A DNA stretch of 64,000 nucleotides. Source: Vicugna vicugna. Its lineage: Eukaryota. A program made the translations under genes and the position numbers. The stretch's first letter is position 1, and each line of letters starts with the position of its first letter. The stretch covers positions 869,249 through 933,248 of the forward strand of contig MU058241.1 in the NCBI GenBank assembly GCA_013265495.1. The letters run 5' to 3'. The notes beneath the pieces were generated by a model. It had not been told where the DNA came from, did no database searches, and saw nothing but the letters and a program-made list of their open reading frames with translations. Below are positions 40,082-54,695 of the stretch, piece after piece.

Positions 40082-40607
40082 TTGAAGGGTGCAGAATGTG
40101 ACACGCCCAAATATGCCTATTTGGCTTAAGGATTATCTTAAGGCTACTTTAAAGAAACAGCAGATGCAGGAGCAGCACTGTAAACCCAACTGAAGTGACC
40201 CTTTCATAAGAGATGTTTACATTTACAAGGGAAACCTCCGTTTGTAAGGGTGTCTCTCTCCCTCAGAACCAGGACTCTAAATTTCAAGAAAGTCTTACCA
40301 ATGGAGAAGGTAAGGAGTTAAATCTGCATAAGGACCTCACTCTTGTTTAATGTGCTTTTCCTGGTCACCTCCCATAACTGACTTTTCCCACCCTCAACAC
40401 CTTCTTCTGTCTTTAGTTGGAAATGGTGTTTAAGGCGGTGGCTTGGGCCAATGCAGGGAGTTACTCAGCTTGCCTGGGTATTTCCCATGTATATGGGAGG
40501 TATACACGTTATTAAGATTCTGTTTTTCTCCAGTGAAATTTGTCTTTTATTACGGGGGGGGGCAGGGGGAGCATCAGCCAAGAACCTGGAAGAGTAGAGG
40601 GAAAATT
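40082..40607 (+). mobile_element. MER34/MER39-family ERV1 solo LTR
   Basis: Starts tgaagggtgcagaatgtgacacgcccaaatatgcctatttggcttaaggattat..agaaacagcagatgcaggag; ends tcagccaagaacctggaagagtagaggg. Confidence 0.75.
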
Positions 40608-40719
40608 AAGGGTACAAGACCAAAATTAACACATATTCCTTCTTCCTTCTTTACAATTTCACAGACAGAAGGTGATTTCTTACTGTAGACCTCAGCAACC
40701 TCCCCATACTAATTTTTTT

Positions 40720-41085
40720 TTTTAAGTTGAGAACTTTTGCCTTTTTAATTCAAGGAAGCACTTTAGGGCTGCTCTCTGGCACAGGTGAATTGCCTGTATC
40801 ACTACTCTTGTGCTTTGGAGTCGTTATTAAGTAAAATAAGGGTCACTTAATGCAAACAATGCGACGACAGTCCATCTGATGACTGAGGCAGCTGCTAAGT
40901 CACCAAGAGGTGGGATTCCCTGGACAACAGGGTGATGCTGAGAGATTTCCTCACTCCTCAGAATGGTGTGCAATTTAAAACATATGAATTCTTTGCATCT
41001 GAAATCTTACAATTAATATTTTCAGATCTTGGTTGACAGCAGGTAACTGACATGATGGAAAGAGAGACAGCGGACGAGGGCACTT
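40720..41085. mobile_element. MER2-like Tigger (TcMar) DNA transposon remnant
   Basis: atcactactcttgtgctttggagtcgttattaagtaaaataagggtcactt; ctcagaatggtgtgcaatttaaaacatatgaatt; ggttgacagcaggtaactga. Confidence 0.8.
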
Positions 41086-43621
41086 ATGTCCACGTTTGAT
41101 CCTATCAGTCAGCACGGCCTGATAAACCAGACCTTCTACACATGTGCTGACGTAGGGGTCCCCAGGGACTGCTCTTCCTTCTGTCCTCCCCATGTGCACA
41201 GCCAGCACTTCGTGGTCCTGTCTTTTCTGCTCCCCCACGCTAGCAAGGTCTTCCATCCCTTCCACTGGTTATCTCCACACTGTTCACAGAATAACCATTC
41301 TAGTCTGCAAATATGGCCACGCTGCTCTCTGGCTCACAATCCTTCACAGTTTGCCTGTGTCAATAAACATGATGCCACTGTCCCTGTGGATTTTCACGGT
41401 GTGGCCTATCTTTCCTGCACTGGCAGACTGAAGTCCTCCTGCTCGCTGTCCATCTGTCCACATGTTTCACGCCACAGACACACCAAATTATCTCAAAGTC
41501 CCTAGTCCTACACAAATTCCCATGGGGAGCGGAGACATCCTCCTGCCATCTTAAAACTCATTTCTGTTCATACGCTAGTACCTAAAAAAAAGTAAATAAA
41601 CAAACATATCTAATTACCACCCTACCGCCCCCCGCCAAAAAAAAAAACTTTAAAAAAAAAACCAAAACTGAACATTTCCTTGGCCACCTTTTTCTATTTA
41701 AGGCTTGGCTCAAGACCATCTCTTAGGCGACTTTCTCAGTGACAATGTATCCCCAGATGTTTTCTCTTCACCTTAAACATACCTGCACAGAGTCCTTTTC
41801 ATTTTGGTGTTATTTGTTTACTTACGACTCATCCCACTAAGACTACATTATCCCAAAAGAGAGTCTTTCATTTTTCATCTCACTTTTTGTTTTGTATGTA
41901 CTATTTTCTCAAGAGGAAAAAAAGGGGGGAGGGGTAGTGAATCAGCATTTTGCTTTAACCTTGAACTAATGTCAGACTTGAACTACCAACAGAAAAGTGT
42001 GTCTCACTGGTAATGAAAATATCCTTAGTGGCTCAGGTTACTTTTGTTGACTAAAGCTAGCGTTCTCTACCCACACTTCCTCTTTGACCGCAGATCAAAA
42101 TGCTCAATGCAATAAACAAGTTGTTAGGAAGATTTAACGTGGCTTCTGCAGGCCCCCAGTTTCCAAACAGTAAATGGGGGAACTCCTGTTTACTTTGCAT
42201 CCAGACTCGGTACATGAGTCACTGTGGTAAAGCCATCGTTTTTGAAGTCCCAGGAGTTCAAACAGAACCGGGTTTCCAAAACATCATTAACACTGAGCCA
42301 TGGCTACACTGCTTCCTGAGAGCTCCACATAAAAAGGATTTAGAATAGTTCACACAGACTCACTGTTTCTGAGCTTCTGTTAGGAAAGAAAAACACAGAC
42401 AGGAGTTCTTCACTCATTTCATCAAATCTCTTCCACTGCGGAGGTCACGGGCATATGAAGATGCTCTATTCACCCACAGGGAAGTTACTGCCAGTTGAAA
42501 ATGAGGAACCTGAGTGTCTACTTGAAGTTATCACCAAACTCGGGCTCCTGACAAAGTCCGCTGTTGCTTCATTCGGTTTCCTCTATACAGCGGAAGGAGA
42601 GGAGCCTCACTGAACATAACAAATGCATACACAGACTGAGCAGCGACCACTGTAACACGTCAGGATTATAAAGCCTCGACAGAGAACCTGCTTTCCAAGT
42701 CTGGACTTCATGATGAGAAGACCCTCTCATCACTGGCTGACACATAATTATTTTTCATAACTCTCAGTTTTAAAGGAAGATTGCTTCTCTGTGACCTTTC
42801 CTGCCCAGATTAATGACAAAGAAATCAGAGCATCAGCACAAAAGAAAGAGTACCGTGACTCATGTGCAAAGTAATTATCCAGCTGTGAGAAGCGCTGGGC
42901 TGTCTAGCTGGGTTGAGCAGTAAATTCAAGGTGAACCAGCTGGTATTTTTTTAAACATAACTTTCTAGGGTTGGCAATATTCCACGTAACTGTGATTCTG
43001 GTCACCAAAATAACTCTAACAGTTTAAGCCTATCTACAGGGGAAGTAATTTTTGTCTGTTTACTTTCATCTTAATGACCTTTTGGGGTGGGGGGGGATGT
43101 GTTAACTGATACTTTAAAATACAGCCCCATCCCTTCTCGTGAGTCTCTGGTACAGGAGGATGGGTAAGCTATATACCAAACTGGTAAGCTCCCTGGGCAT
43201 TATCACCAATGGTCGAAAACCCTCCGCTGTTTACGGTGTGTTCCCTTTGATCCCTATTCCCGACCTCAATTCCCTTCCCTGTCCCAATGGCAACTATGTA
43301 ATATGAGTCACATGAGTCATCTGCTCATCTGTCTTTATGAAATGTACAGTGGTCTGGGTGTGTTCCATGTTTCTGTAAATCATGTTGATACATATCCTAT
43401 TACATGCTCATATTTTCACCCAAACTGTGCTTTTGATATCTAGTCACGTTGCTATATGTCTTAATTCTCTTGCCAAGTAACAAATTGCCACAAATTCTGT
43501 GGCTTATGCAGTAATTCCAACTTCTTGCCTTCATTTGCTCAGTGAGAGGGTGGTACCTTTTTCCCTAAGATTACATCTGTGAAGTCACCACCCCTGTTTT
43601 CCCTTTTAGTTCTGCACAAAT

Positions 43622-43873
43622 TCTACAGCCACAAGGAATCAGATTCCACCAACCTGAGGGAGTTCAGAAGTGGACCCTCCTCTAGTCACGCCTCCCGATG
43701 GGGACACAGCCCCAGCTGACACCTTGAATGAAGCTGTGTGAGGACCCAGCCAAGTCACGCCCAGACTCTCGACCCACAGACACTGCATGTTTTAAGATAA
43801 CAAGCGGTAACAACCATGTCTTAAGCTGTTCAGCGCGTGGTAGTTTGTTACACCGTGACAGGTAACAGATACA
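43622..43873 (+). mobile_element. MLT1D/E-like LTR, 3' part
   Basis: tacagccacaaggaatcagattcc..cagcccagctgacaccttga..tggtagtttgttacac..ggtaacagataca. Confidence 0.75.
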
Positions 43874-45174
43874 AACAGTGACTTCAGCCTCCTCAAAAGT
43901 CAACTCTCTGATCCCAAGACAACCTGGTCTTCACTGCTCCCAGATACTCCGAGCTCTGTGAATTGTGGCACAGAGTTCTCTCGAATTCAACATCAAGTTT
44001 ACAGCTCCGGCTTCACAAAGTCGAACCGCTTTGATTCAAATCAGTGACCTTGGGCAATTTATTGTAATACCCATCCCACATTTATATAGAAGTTTAATGA
44101 GATATCACTCACAGACATCTTCAAAGCACCACTCTGCACTTAACAAGCACTCACAGAACATTCACCACCAGAGTTAGTGCTGCTTAACTAAATCCAACGA
44201 AAGGGAATGCGTGCACCGCAGAGAACATAAGGTGCTCGGCAGTGGATTTAAAAACTCAATGAATAAATTGAAAGAAATAACATTACCTGATACCAGTTAG
44301 GAGAGATCAATTGAAGGAAAATAAGGGAACACATCAAGATACGCCACGTTTGGACACAAAGGGTGACTGGGCTTTGTCTCCCCTTGACTTTTTGGTTCAA
44401 CTCTATCTGATTATTAGGTCTCGTCATGTGATGTGAGTTAGATACAGCACAATCAACCAGGAAAACATTCCCCTACCCTTGGAGCGGACGGAACAGGGAT
44501 ACAGAGACGAACATCGGCCATTCCATGTTTTTCTGGAGGACAAGGTTTACCTTGTTCTAAAAGCTTAAATCTCAAAATGCAAAACTTAGCAGCAGAATAT
44601 GGTCAATCAGAAGGCCTCCCTGAATCATGTCAGTTAACAGAATTGTGTTTATTTGCATAAAAAGGAGCTGCATATGCCACACTTTTCACCATGGTAATGG
44701 CAAACAAGAACGAGCCTCTTTTCTTTCTCAACTCCTAGAGGCCTGAAACATCTTTCACCTTCTTCTTTCAAAATCTTTGCTCCAGCAATAACTACTTACT
44801 GTTCTTATTCCTGAGTATTACCAGCTCACCCTGTGTTTGCCATAAACACACACTGTCATGAGTTTCCCAGTTCTCTTCTCTCTCCCACAGTCATGCCTGC
44901 AGGCCTCGCTGCCCAGATGAAACCACGATGCAATCTGTTTAACAGGCAGTTTTGAGCAGGATAATAAACTGACATAAGACTAACCTTGCCATGAAGCATG
45001 GTGACGGCAGAAGTTTATGAAGGCGGTTTTATATGTTAGAATTTATGGGCAACAGCAATGGCAGGGGGTCACAGCACAGCAAAGCATGCTGCAAAGGCGA
45101 AAAATCTGGACAAATCAGAGTGGGAAAAGGCGTATTGTTTTAAAGAAAAACTATGATATTGTGAAAGGGATGGA

Positions 45175-45392
45175 TAACAATGGCTCTCAGGCCAAACATG
45201 GCCCCCACCTAGTTTTGTAAATAAAGTTTTATTGGAACACAGGCATGCTGATTTGTTCACATGTTCTCTATCTCCGGATGCGCCCTTGCTACAGCAGCAG
45301 AGTTCAGCGGGTGAACCAGGGACACTATGGTTCACAAAGCCTAACACACTTACTATCTGACCCTTTACAGGGAGACTATACTGACCCCCTGC
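45175..45392. mobile_element. MER58A-like hAT-Charlie MITE
   Basis: caggccaaacatggcccccacctagttttgtaaataaagttttattggaacacag..cacaaagcctaacacacttactatctgaccctttacag. Confidence 0.85.
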
Positions 45393-48300
45393 ACAGCACA
45401 CAGAGCACCCAGGTGGTGGAACCAGCGAAAGATTCCAATTCCGGCTAGTAACTGCATCTTGCCTTTTTGGTATTTTTGATAGGATTCGGTAGAACTGAAT
45501 CTAGCCCATAGGGTTACATTCGCATAACAAACGGCAGTCACTTCCCCATCTCTTATGCAGATAACCCAAGAAAAAGTAAATCATTGTGTGTCCCTACCTT
45601 TCACCATGGGTGTTACTGCAGAGAAAAGCAGACAGAGCAAAAGATGGCATCAGTCAGCATGCTTCTGTATGGACCAACTGTGTATTTTCTATGTAACATT
45701 CACCACGTGAGGGTTTCGCTGAGAATTTTCCAACTAAGATTAAGTTTAGTAAATTATCCCATTAAGGCAGGGAAACATTAAATTTTCTGATAATTTCTGG
45801 AGAAGAAGATGTATTTAAAATTGGATCCCAGATATAGGTAAAGGCATAATGCAAAGTCAACCTGGAAAACCTACTGTTTATGCCTTCAGGTGAATGGGAT
45901 CCTGAGAATAACATCATGGTCCCATGAGCTTTTGAATCTAAACTCTAAGGTATAATTTAAATAGGATAAAGGTGGCATTGTTCTTGGAACAAAGGAAAAT
46001 TGCAAAGTAAAAATTATTAAAACACGGAAAATAAGTAGGAAAGGGAAAAATACTGAACATGCTCAGGCTTTCTTTGGGTCTGACTTTTCTCTTTCGCTGC
46101 TCTGAGCAGCAGAAGCGGGGGTGAGCTACCAGCTCTTTTGGAAACAGCCCTGGGTAAGCTCATCCAACAACATCGGCTTTTTCCACCCACCTAGGCCTTG
46201 AGGAGTTCTCTGGTAACCCAAAGCGTCTCAGCATCGGTACCCAGAAGACAGCCCTGTATTGTCACATCTCCTGCCCATTTCACAAAGCCAGCTCTAGCCT
46301 CCTGGACTGAATCCCACAGCTTTCCCCCACCTCACTCAGCCTCAGCCCCCACCTCTCATATCCCACACCGTTTCTGGCCCCACCAGTACACCTTAAATAA
46401 TATTCACTTGCATAACCTTCATCTCTGTGGCAAATGAAAGGGGCATTTCTTTAGCACCTGTAATCAAAGTCTCAAAGAACTCTGTGAAAAATGGCCGGCA
46501 CCAAGGGCATAAGGTTTATTCAAAATATCTGGCCACTGAAAACGCGGAGGTCTAGGCTTTCCTTTCCAAAGGGAGCCAGTCTGAAGCTGCTGGCTGCGGA
46601 GTCTGGGAGTCGGGGTGGGGGTTCTGTCAAGCCTGGCAGTGGCCCTGCCCCAGCAGAGAGCCAACATGACCACCCGGGTGGGTGACGCCATCTCTGGCCC
46701 TTGGAAGAACTCCAGTTGGACGAAGTAAACATCGTTCTATTAAATATCCATTTGGATCATTGGATGGCAACAAAGAGGTACCTATGTGAGCAAGAGCAGA
46801 CTTATTGATCGGAAACACGTGTTCAAATCCTGCTTCCCATCTTAACGTGCTCAGGGTTTGAACTTACCCGAAAGGATCTGAATGAGCACGTCTGGAATGA
46901 AGACGTTAATCTTGGCTTCAGTCTTGCATATGTAAAACTGCTCCAGGAATGAATGGGCCTGGCTGTTTGTGTGCCAGGCTCTTCCACTGGGATCAAGACA
47001 CAAAACACCCTTGTTGGGTGAGGAGAGGAGGCGCCCAGAATGCTAAACTTTCCCAAGAGCGGGGGAGGAGAACCCTCTTGGTGCCAGAATACCTGCAAAA
47101 TAGGAAAATGGAAAACATTTAACAGCAGTTTACATCTATTCCTTTTAGGTCTGTGACCAAGGCTTCTGGAATAGCCTTTTCCTTCACGTGGAAATTTACG
47201 TCTTTGAATTGTCCCTTGGAAGACGACTTCTCTAATTAGCACAGAATCTGCTGATGGGAACCATTTGCAATATGGAGGCAACACCCGTTACCATGAACAT
47301 GGAAGAGATTAAAACACAGAATAATGGTAAGCACACACACACAGAAACATATACACACAAACAACTCTTAAAAAAAAAATTAGAACTTCAGTGAGACTTA
47401 GATGATCCACTTATCCCATCAGGAATCAAGCTTGGCAGGTTGCTAATTGGAACAATTCAAAACAGCTTCTGTCTAATTGAACGTTTATGTTTAAGAACAT
47501 GTTTAAGCTTCAGTGATTCAGTTTTGTAAAATGCACCCTCAATTAGGTCTGTTTGAGCTTGGCCTCTCCCATGCCACAATCTTAGACAAACCTGGTTTGA
47601 TTTATGGGGACTCAGAGGAGACCATATTCAGCGTCCGCCAAGTTCTCCCTTCAGCTGGAAGTCCCGGAGAATGCCCCGCGGGGTGGCGACCTCACTCCCA
47701 GCCCTGGGAGGCATTCTCCGTGGCTGAGGTGGGTGATGGCAGCTTGGCCCGTGGGCCTACATTTTTTTTCCTTTTTCACCAGAAAAAGGAGAATCACTTC
47801 TTACTGGGATGTAAAATGCCTTCTTCTCTAAAGAAAGTGTCTGTTTTCCTCTCTCCCTCTGTAAAAATTCATTTCTATCTTCTCAGAATTAAGAGGTTTT
47901 TTTTTTTTTTACAGGCTTTCTTTACGTGCAGAGATAGAAAACACAGAGTTTGATATGAAGTAAATAACTGAGAAGGAGGAACACACACAAGTCAGCTTCC
48001 TGGGATTCATCTTACTCCACCAGACCTCCTCCCACGGGACTCCTGGGCTCCCTCTGTGAATGCGGATCTCCAGTGGAAAAGGTCTCCTCTTCTGCACTCT
48101 GAAAAGCATCCTGCTAACTTAAGAAGTGATGCCCTAGGTAAGTTCCAACTGGAGTAAGCTTTGGCGCATTTCAGATGATGTCAACTGTGTTTCAACCAAG
48201 AGATCAGGAAACAGAAGTAAGAGTGCGATTTCTCCACCCTGACATGGATGGAGATGTCCAATGGGTGGAATATGCAATGGATGACAGTTAATTACTCAAA

Positions 48301-51128
48301 GAGTAATTAAACGGCTTCTGCATCAGCCACACTACTTCTGCATATAGTAAGTCAGAATCAGAGCGTTCTGCTTCCCAGACCTTAACTGGCTGTATCCACA
48401 GAAGAGAAAAAGATCTCTTATCTAAGAGAACCGTACCACGCTGTTCTAAGAGACAGTTTCATTTTAGAGAATCAGATCTATGATGGAAGCCCTGCATGAA
48501 GGTATCCTATCTGTATTGACATTGTAACCTAAGTCATACCAAATAAAAATAGAGCTTTTGCGGTGACAACAAGGGGAAGTAAGCATGCAGTTCTTTTGCA
48601 ACATGTGCTACAGAACTAATCATAGACTATCATCTAAACTGGTTACGTGTTGCATTTTTCATCCTGAATAAAAGTAATTCAAACACAAGAAAAAAAAATC
48701 TGTATTTAGCTACAATCTTAAACTCATCCCTTCTGTAGTCTACAGCAGGGAGATCTGAGCGATGGACCAAACCCAATCCAATATTTTCTCTGGAGTCTTT
48801 CAGGCCACCAAAAAAATAAGCTTCTTTCTTCTCTCCCAAATAAACAAGTAATCCAGTGCACAGAAGGAAACTGCACTTTACTGCATAATCAACAAAGGCA
48901 GTAATGAGCGTCAAACTGAGAAAGAAAACAGAACACCTGAAGGATACAGAGAAAGAAATGACCCAAGTGGTACATCTGGGTCCAGATGACACAAACAAAG
49001 ACTCAGAGTTCCATTCTGTGATGGGATTTGAAGATTCACTAGGAAAGCTCTCTCCAAAAAGCTCCCTGAAGGTATGCCTAAACGGCTTGCTCACATCCCT
49101 TCCACGGGGATCGGAGTCTTCCATTCAGGGTCTCTCCGAGGTAGCTCAGCGAACCGTGGAACACACTGATCTCTGGAAGAAGCAATCAGAAAACGTAAAT
49201 ACCCTCCATGCAGAAGTTTAAAGGTTGTTTTGCACATGACACATAAATAGTGGCTCTGGAAGGAGGGGCCCTATCAAGGGAAGTTCTGTATAAAGAACGG
49301 GAAAGCTATGCTGGGTCCTGCCAGAGGCAGGCCGCTCAAAAGAGACCTTAGCATTGGCTCAGGGTTGGGTTGGAGTTGGGTTCTTAAGGACGTGTCGGCT
49401 AGAAGGAAAAGGGTGTGGAACCAGAGTTCCGAGATCAGAGATGCCAAACCTTCTGACCCTCTTTATGCCCTGTAGACACAGGCTTGGCTACCTTAGGACA
49501 GAACCTTGACTTATTTCGTACGACAGAGTACTTTTCTTTCCGTTCAAAAAGACTCACCTGTGTGTTAGACTCAACAATTTTAAAAAGAAGCTTATTTAGC
49601 TGGGATCGAGTTGAACTCTTTTATTATACTCATGTAGCATTTATTGGCCCCACGGGTTCAAATGCTTCCAGGTAGCATAATGAAGGGTTTTAAAAACTGG
49701 ATCTGAACATTCACAGTGAAGTCACTTGGCCTAAATAATTAAATAAGAATGAGTGAAAATGTTTATAAATCAACACGATGGGGTTGTTTTCCCCCTCACA
49801 ACTAGTATGTTATGTAATGCAGAGTTAAATGCCTTTATCCAAACCATAGAGTGAACATGTCTTTGGCAACACAGATGTCATTTACCAGGAAGCTGCGTGG
49901 GGCGGAGGGGAGGAGTCACTCAGTACACCCACATTCACAAGAGAACCCTGAAAGAGCAAGACTAGTTCCGTGAACCAATGATTCCCCCTTTTAAAAATTC
50001 TTCTTTATTTCCTGCTCCAACTTTGGAAGAGGCAAAGTGGGAAAAGGAGGCAGAGAGAAGAGTCAAACCCTGGACCCTTCCCTTCTGTGAGTCCCTCCCC
50101 CACAGGCTGGGGAAGAAGAGACGCTTAGTACGGGACCCAAGCTTGAAACGGGGTGGGACCTTTTAATACCAGGAAAATGAGACTTCGCTGCAAAAGCAAG
50201 TCTTGCTCCTGTGACTGGCAATGTCTGGACAGCATGGGGATATGGTCAAGATGTCTTTGAGGGTTAGGACAAGGTCCTTAAGATGTGACACGCAGAGGCA
50301 ACGTTGGAGGAAGCGTTTCCCTCTGCGTTCGTTGTTCACTTAGTTCGGAGCTGCACAATTCACTGGATCCACTCTTACCCTAGAAGACCCTCGGGCACAT
50401 TTCTCCTCTGTGGTATTTCCATCAGGCCAACTTCTCCAGACTCGCTGCTCTCACCTTCTGAGCAGTCAAGCCTCACCCCATCTGCTACAGTGTTACTGAA
50501 GAAACTTTTTATTACTGTTACTGCCCTCCAAGGAGACTTTTCCTAATCAACACCCCATGAAATTCTAATCCCATGAATATCCTTTTATCTATTTATATAC
50601 TGTATTATTTCATGTTTTATATATAATATAGGATGACTTTTTTTCCCACTCTCCACCCACAAGAACCTTTTATGAGAGTGCCTGCCTTAGCAACTGGCTC
50701 CTGCTGCCTTAGGTAGAATAAAGAAGTGAGTCTGCAGTCGCTGGTTTTCCACGCTGCACATGAAGGAGCCCCAGGGCTGCACAGAGTAGTCTCTGCCAAC
50801 ACCCAGAGGAGCGCGGGCGAGGCACCAGAGCAGGTGCCATTTTCCCCACCACCGCATGCTGTACTCCGCATGAATACGATGATGTGGGCCTTCCGACTCA
50901 ACCTCATCAGCTCTGCTTTCATAGGTCTTTGCTTCAGGGTTCCGTGCAATATGCCAGTTTATAAAACTGGTTCAGGGTTTTTTAAAAAAATCGAAAAGTC
51001 CTTTGTCTCAATGTACCTGAGTGGTCCCAACACTTTCAGATTCTGGCTCTGTGTTTGATGGAGTCATAATGCATATGTGAATTTCACTCAAAAGGCAAGT
51101 ATGTACTCAGACTTAAAAACGTCTGTGG

Positions 51129-51913
51129 AATGATAAATGCTGGAGAGGGTGTGGAGAAAAGGGAACTCTCCTGCACGGTTGGTGGGAACTAGTTTGGTGC
51201 AGCTAGGATGGAAAACAGTATAGACAGTCCTTAAAAAACTGAAAACAGACTCACCCTATGATCCAGCAATCCCATTCCTGGGCATACATCTGAAAGACGC
51301 ACTCATTTGAAAAGATACCCCAATGTTCACAGCAGCACTATTTACAATAGGCAAGACATGGAAGCAACCTAAATGTGTATCGACAGATGAATGGATAAAA
51401 AAGCTGTGGTATATATACACAATGGAATACTACTCAGCCATACAAAAGAATAAAATAACGCCATTTGCGGGAACATGGATGGACCTGAAGATTGTCACAC
51501 TATGTGAAAGTAAGTCAGAAAGAGATACAAAAATACCACATGATGTCACTTATATGTGGAAGCTAAGAAAAATGATACAAATAAACTTATTACAAAACAG
51601 AAACAGACTCACAAACAGACAAAGAACAAACTTAGGGTTACTGGGGGGGAAGGGTGGGTGGAGGGATAAACTGGGAGTTTGGGATTAGCAGATATACACT
51701 ACTATATACCAAGTAGATAACCAACAAGGTCCTACTGTACAGCACAGGGAACTACATTCAATATCTTGTAATAGCTTATAATGAAAAAGAATATGAAAAA
51801 AATATATATATATACACACACTACACACACATAAAATGGAGCCACTATTCTGTACACAAGAAACTAACACACTGTAAACCAACTATACTTCAACTTAAAA
51901 AATAAATAAATTT
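51129..51913 (+). mobile_element. 5'-truncated lineage-specific L1 (ORF2 tail + 3' UTR) with TSD
   Basis: Track peptide MFTAALFTIGKTWKQPKC..DEWIKKLWYIYTMEYYSAI; A-rich tail. TSD aaaaacgtctgtgg (51115-51128, at a TT/AAAA site) / aagaacgtttgtgg (51914-51927). Confidence 0.95.
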
Positions 51914-54695
51914 AAGAACGTTTGTGGGACCCCACCAGATAGGCAGAAAGTATTCTCTGTGCAGACGGTTCCGTGTGCTCCCATACCAGTCCCCGGGGCG
52001 GTGTGCTGACCAGCTCTGCTCCAACAGCCCATGGATGCGCCCTGCATATAGACGCCTGTCTATAGCTTCACGTATTTCTTAGGAAAAAAAGTAAACCGAT
52101 ACCATACTGTGTAGCTTTTTTGGATTTCATCACACTTTAATCAATGCAATGTAAGGGGGCTACCTGAAATTAAAATACGACAGCTCTGTGAAATGTGACT
52201 ATGATCTACTTGGTCCTTATTTCATGGTGCGAAAGCTTTCACACAAAAGCTCAACACCCTAACACTTTTACTGCTCTTCCGGTTTGTACACTTTACAGCA
52301 AGATGATCCTACCAGTCACATCATTCCATTTATCTGACACATGCCCAACAGAAATGGAGACACAGAACCAAGCTCTAAGTCTCACTGAAATCCCTGCCCT
52401 GCTATGAAGAGCTGTTGAGTAGGGAGGAACCTATCGACTCGTCATTGTACAAGATGGTACAGAAAAACAGAATGGAGAGTGATGAACTCGGCTTAGAGGC
52501 TCTTGTGACAGGGTCAGGGGACGGCTGAGCTGGGTTTTGTAGGGTCCTGCCAAGGAGAGAGTGGAATAAGATTCCAGATACAGGAAATAACTTGATTAAC
52601 ACATCCCAGGAGTCTTCCAGTGTATGGTATTTCCATCGAGTTCTTGGATTCTTCAGGAGAAGCTGATATGAGATGTAGCAGGAAGAGGGGGAGGTGGGAG
52701 TAGGGCCAGTGGAGGAAAAAAAAAAAAAACGGCTCAGTGAGCTTCCCTCAGTTTTCAAGACTTTTACACAGTGCCAACCAACATGTTTGAGGTTTACCCT
52801 GGATGTGAAGGCAAGTGCCTGTAAGTTTTAAGCAGGGGACAGAGGTTTGTTTTTTTCATTATATTGGCAAGTCCTAAGTTGCACAAAATACAGAAAACGT
52901 AGACAGCATAAAAGCCATAGGTGTGATCAACACGAGTTTTCACTGTTCTTACATCCTACGCTCAGTATTACACAGAAGTTCACGCCACTGCATTGAGTCC
53001 TACCAAGATTTCTATCGAGGGTAACGTGATTAAGTTCCACTTATAATTGAGCCACTTGCAATTATTTAAGTAAGAGCGATTTGAAGTATTTGGTTTGAAG
53101 TAGTTCTTTCAGAAGAGATGCATGCCTATCGACATAGGTGTAAGTCCATAGGTGAGGGTGAGGGAAAATATGTAGATATCTATGTCTATATTTAAAAAAC
53201 AACTGACTTTATGCTATTTTAATTTACCGGCAAAAGTCTTTGAGGTGATATGAACTGCAAAAGAAACTACAGATTTTAAATCTCAAAAACTGTGAAGTAC
53301 GGAATCAGAGAGAGTAACTTCAGGCAGAGTCATAAAGAGATTTCAAACCTGCAGAATTCTTTTCAAAAAAATTCAGCAACCTACAAATCTCAGACAAGTG
53401 TCAAGAATATCCCCTACTGAGTCAAGTACTGGACTGCATCTTCGTGGATACAATTACACAATTAACTAATGAGCTACAAATTTACTTTGTTTTGGTGAGT
53501 GAGACATCTTGCTCTAAATGTAACCTGTGCCAGCTGGCCAATTCAGGCCTCTTCCCTTCTCCTGATTTTAATACACCAAGTCTGTGAGTTGTGCACACCC
53601 ACGCCAGTAACCAGTAGACACTGCCTGCAATACACACCATTTGGCAGCACACTGCTGAGCATTTCCATAAACCTAATTCCAACAGGAGTATCACACTCCA
53701 TGTTGAAAAGTTCTTAGCATTTATGAGATCACTGTCAATCACCAAGCATTTTATATTTTCATAGACAACTTCATGTTAAAATCCATGTGCACATTTTTCA
53801 ACTGCACACATGACGGCAGGCCTGCAGGGTGGGGTTGAGAAGGCGGCTCTTGAATAAAGAGTCCCGCAGGCTCCTTTACTTGCATGACTGATCACGTAGC
53901 AGCAACTTCATCATCTTTAAAATCATAGTCTCTTTACAAAGGAAGAAATTTTTGTTTCTTTGCGGTAACTGGTGAGCTGAAAGTTGAGATTCTTCCAACA
54001 TGAAAAAACAACTCTGAGCTTGCTAAAATCAAATTAATTTTTGAAGTGGTTCTTCCTTAAAAAAAATAATACATATTGGAGGGCAAAACCAAAGTTTATC
54101 AAGAGAGAGATGGATAACTTATACAAAAGAATCACTTTTTACTTAACGGGAGGACTCACAGCAGGATGAGTTGAAATACTCAACATACCTAGTGCCTGCA
54201 CATATGGAAAGACTCAGAAGTCATGATTTGGAAATCATCCACTGCATTATATTATCAAGTAAATAACATAAACATAAACACATAAACTCATTTCTGGTGA
54301 ACGTCGGACAGCCTCTAGCATTTCCTCTTCTTCGTGTTCGTCCACACTGATGGACAGAGAGCACTGCAACATGCTGCCCACAGCTGCCTGTGGCCTCCTG
54401 ACAGCCCCGCAAGAGAGCCTATTTCAAAGACACTCAGCACAGGTTGAATTACATGGTCTGATGAAATTGCTCGTAGAGGGGAAGCATTTCCAAAGCTAAC
54501 ATCTATTCCATACACCTCCTTCCCAAGAGGTTGATCGGCCAGTGTTTGGACCTGACTCGTGCTAAATGCCTTCGTGTACCAGAGCTGCCTGCGCAGTCAC
54601 GGCTAAGTGGAAGAGACAGAGAGCTCCGGCAGATGATTGAGCCAGGAAGGTGGGCTTATCCTGTGGAACTGGATGCCCTTCTCTGATGAGCTTAC

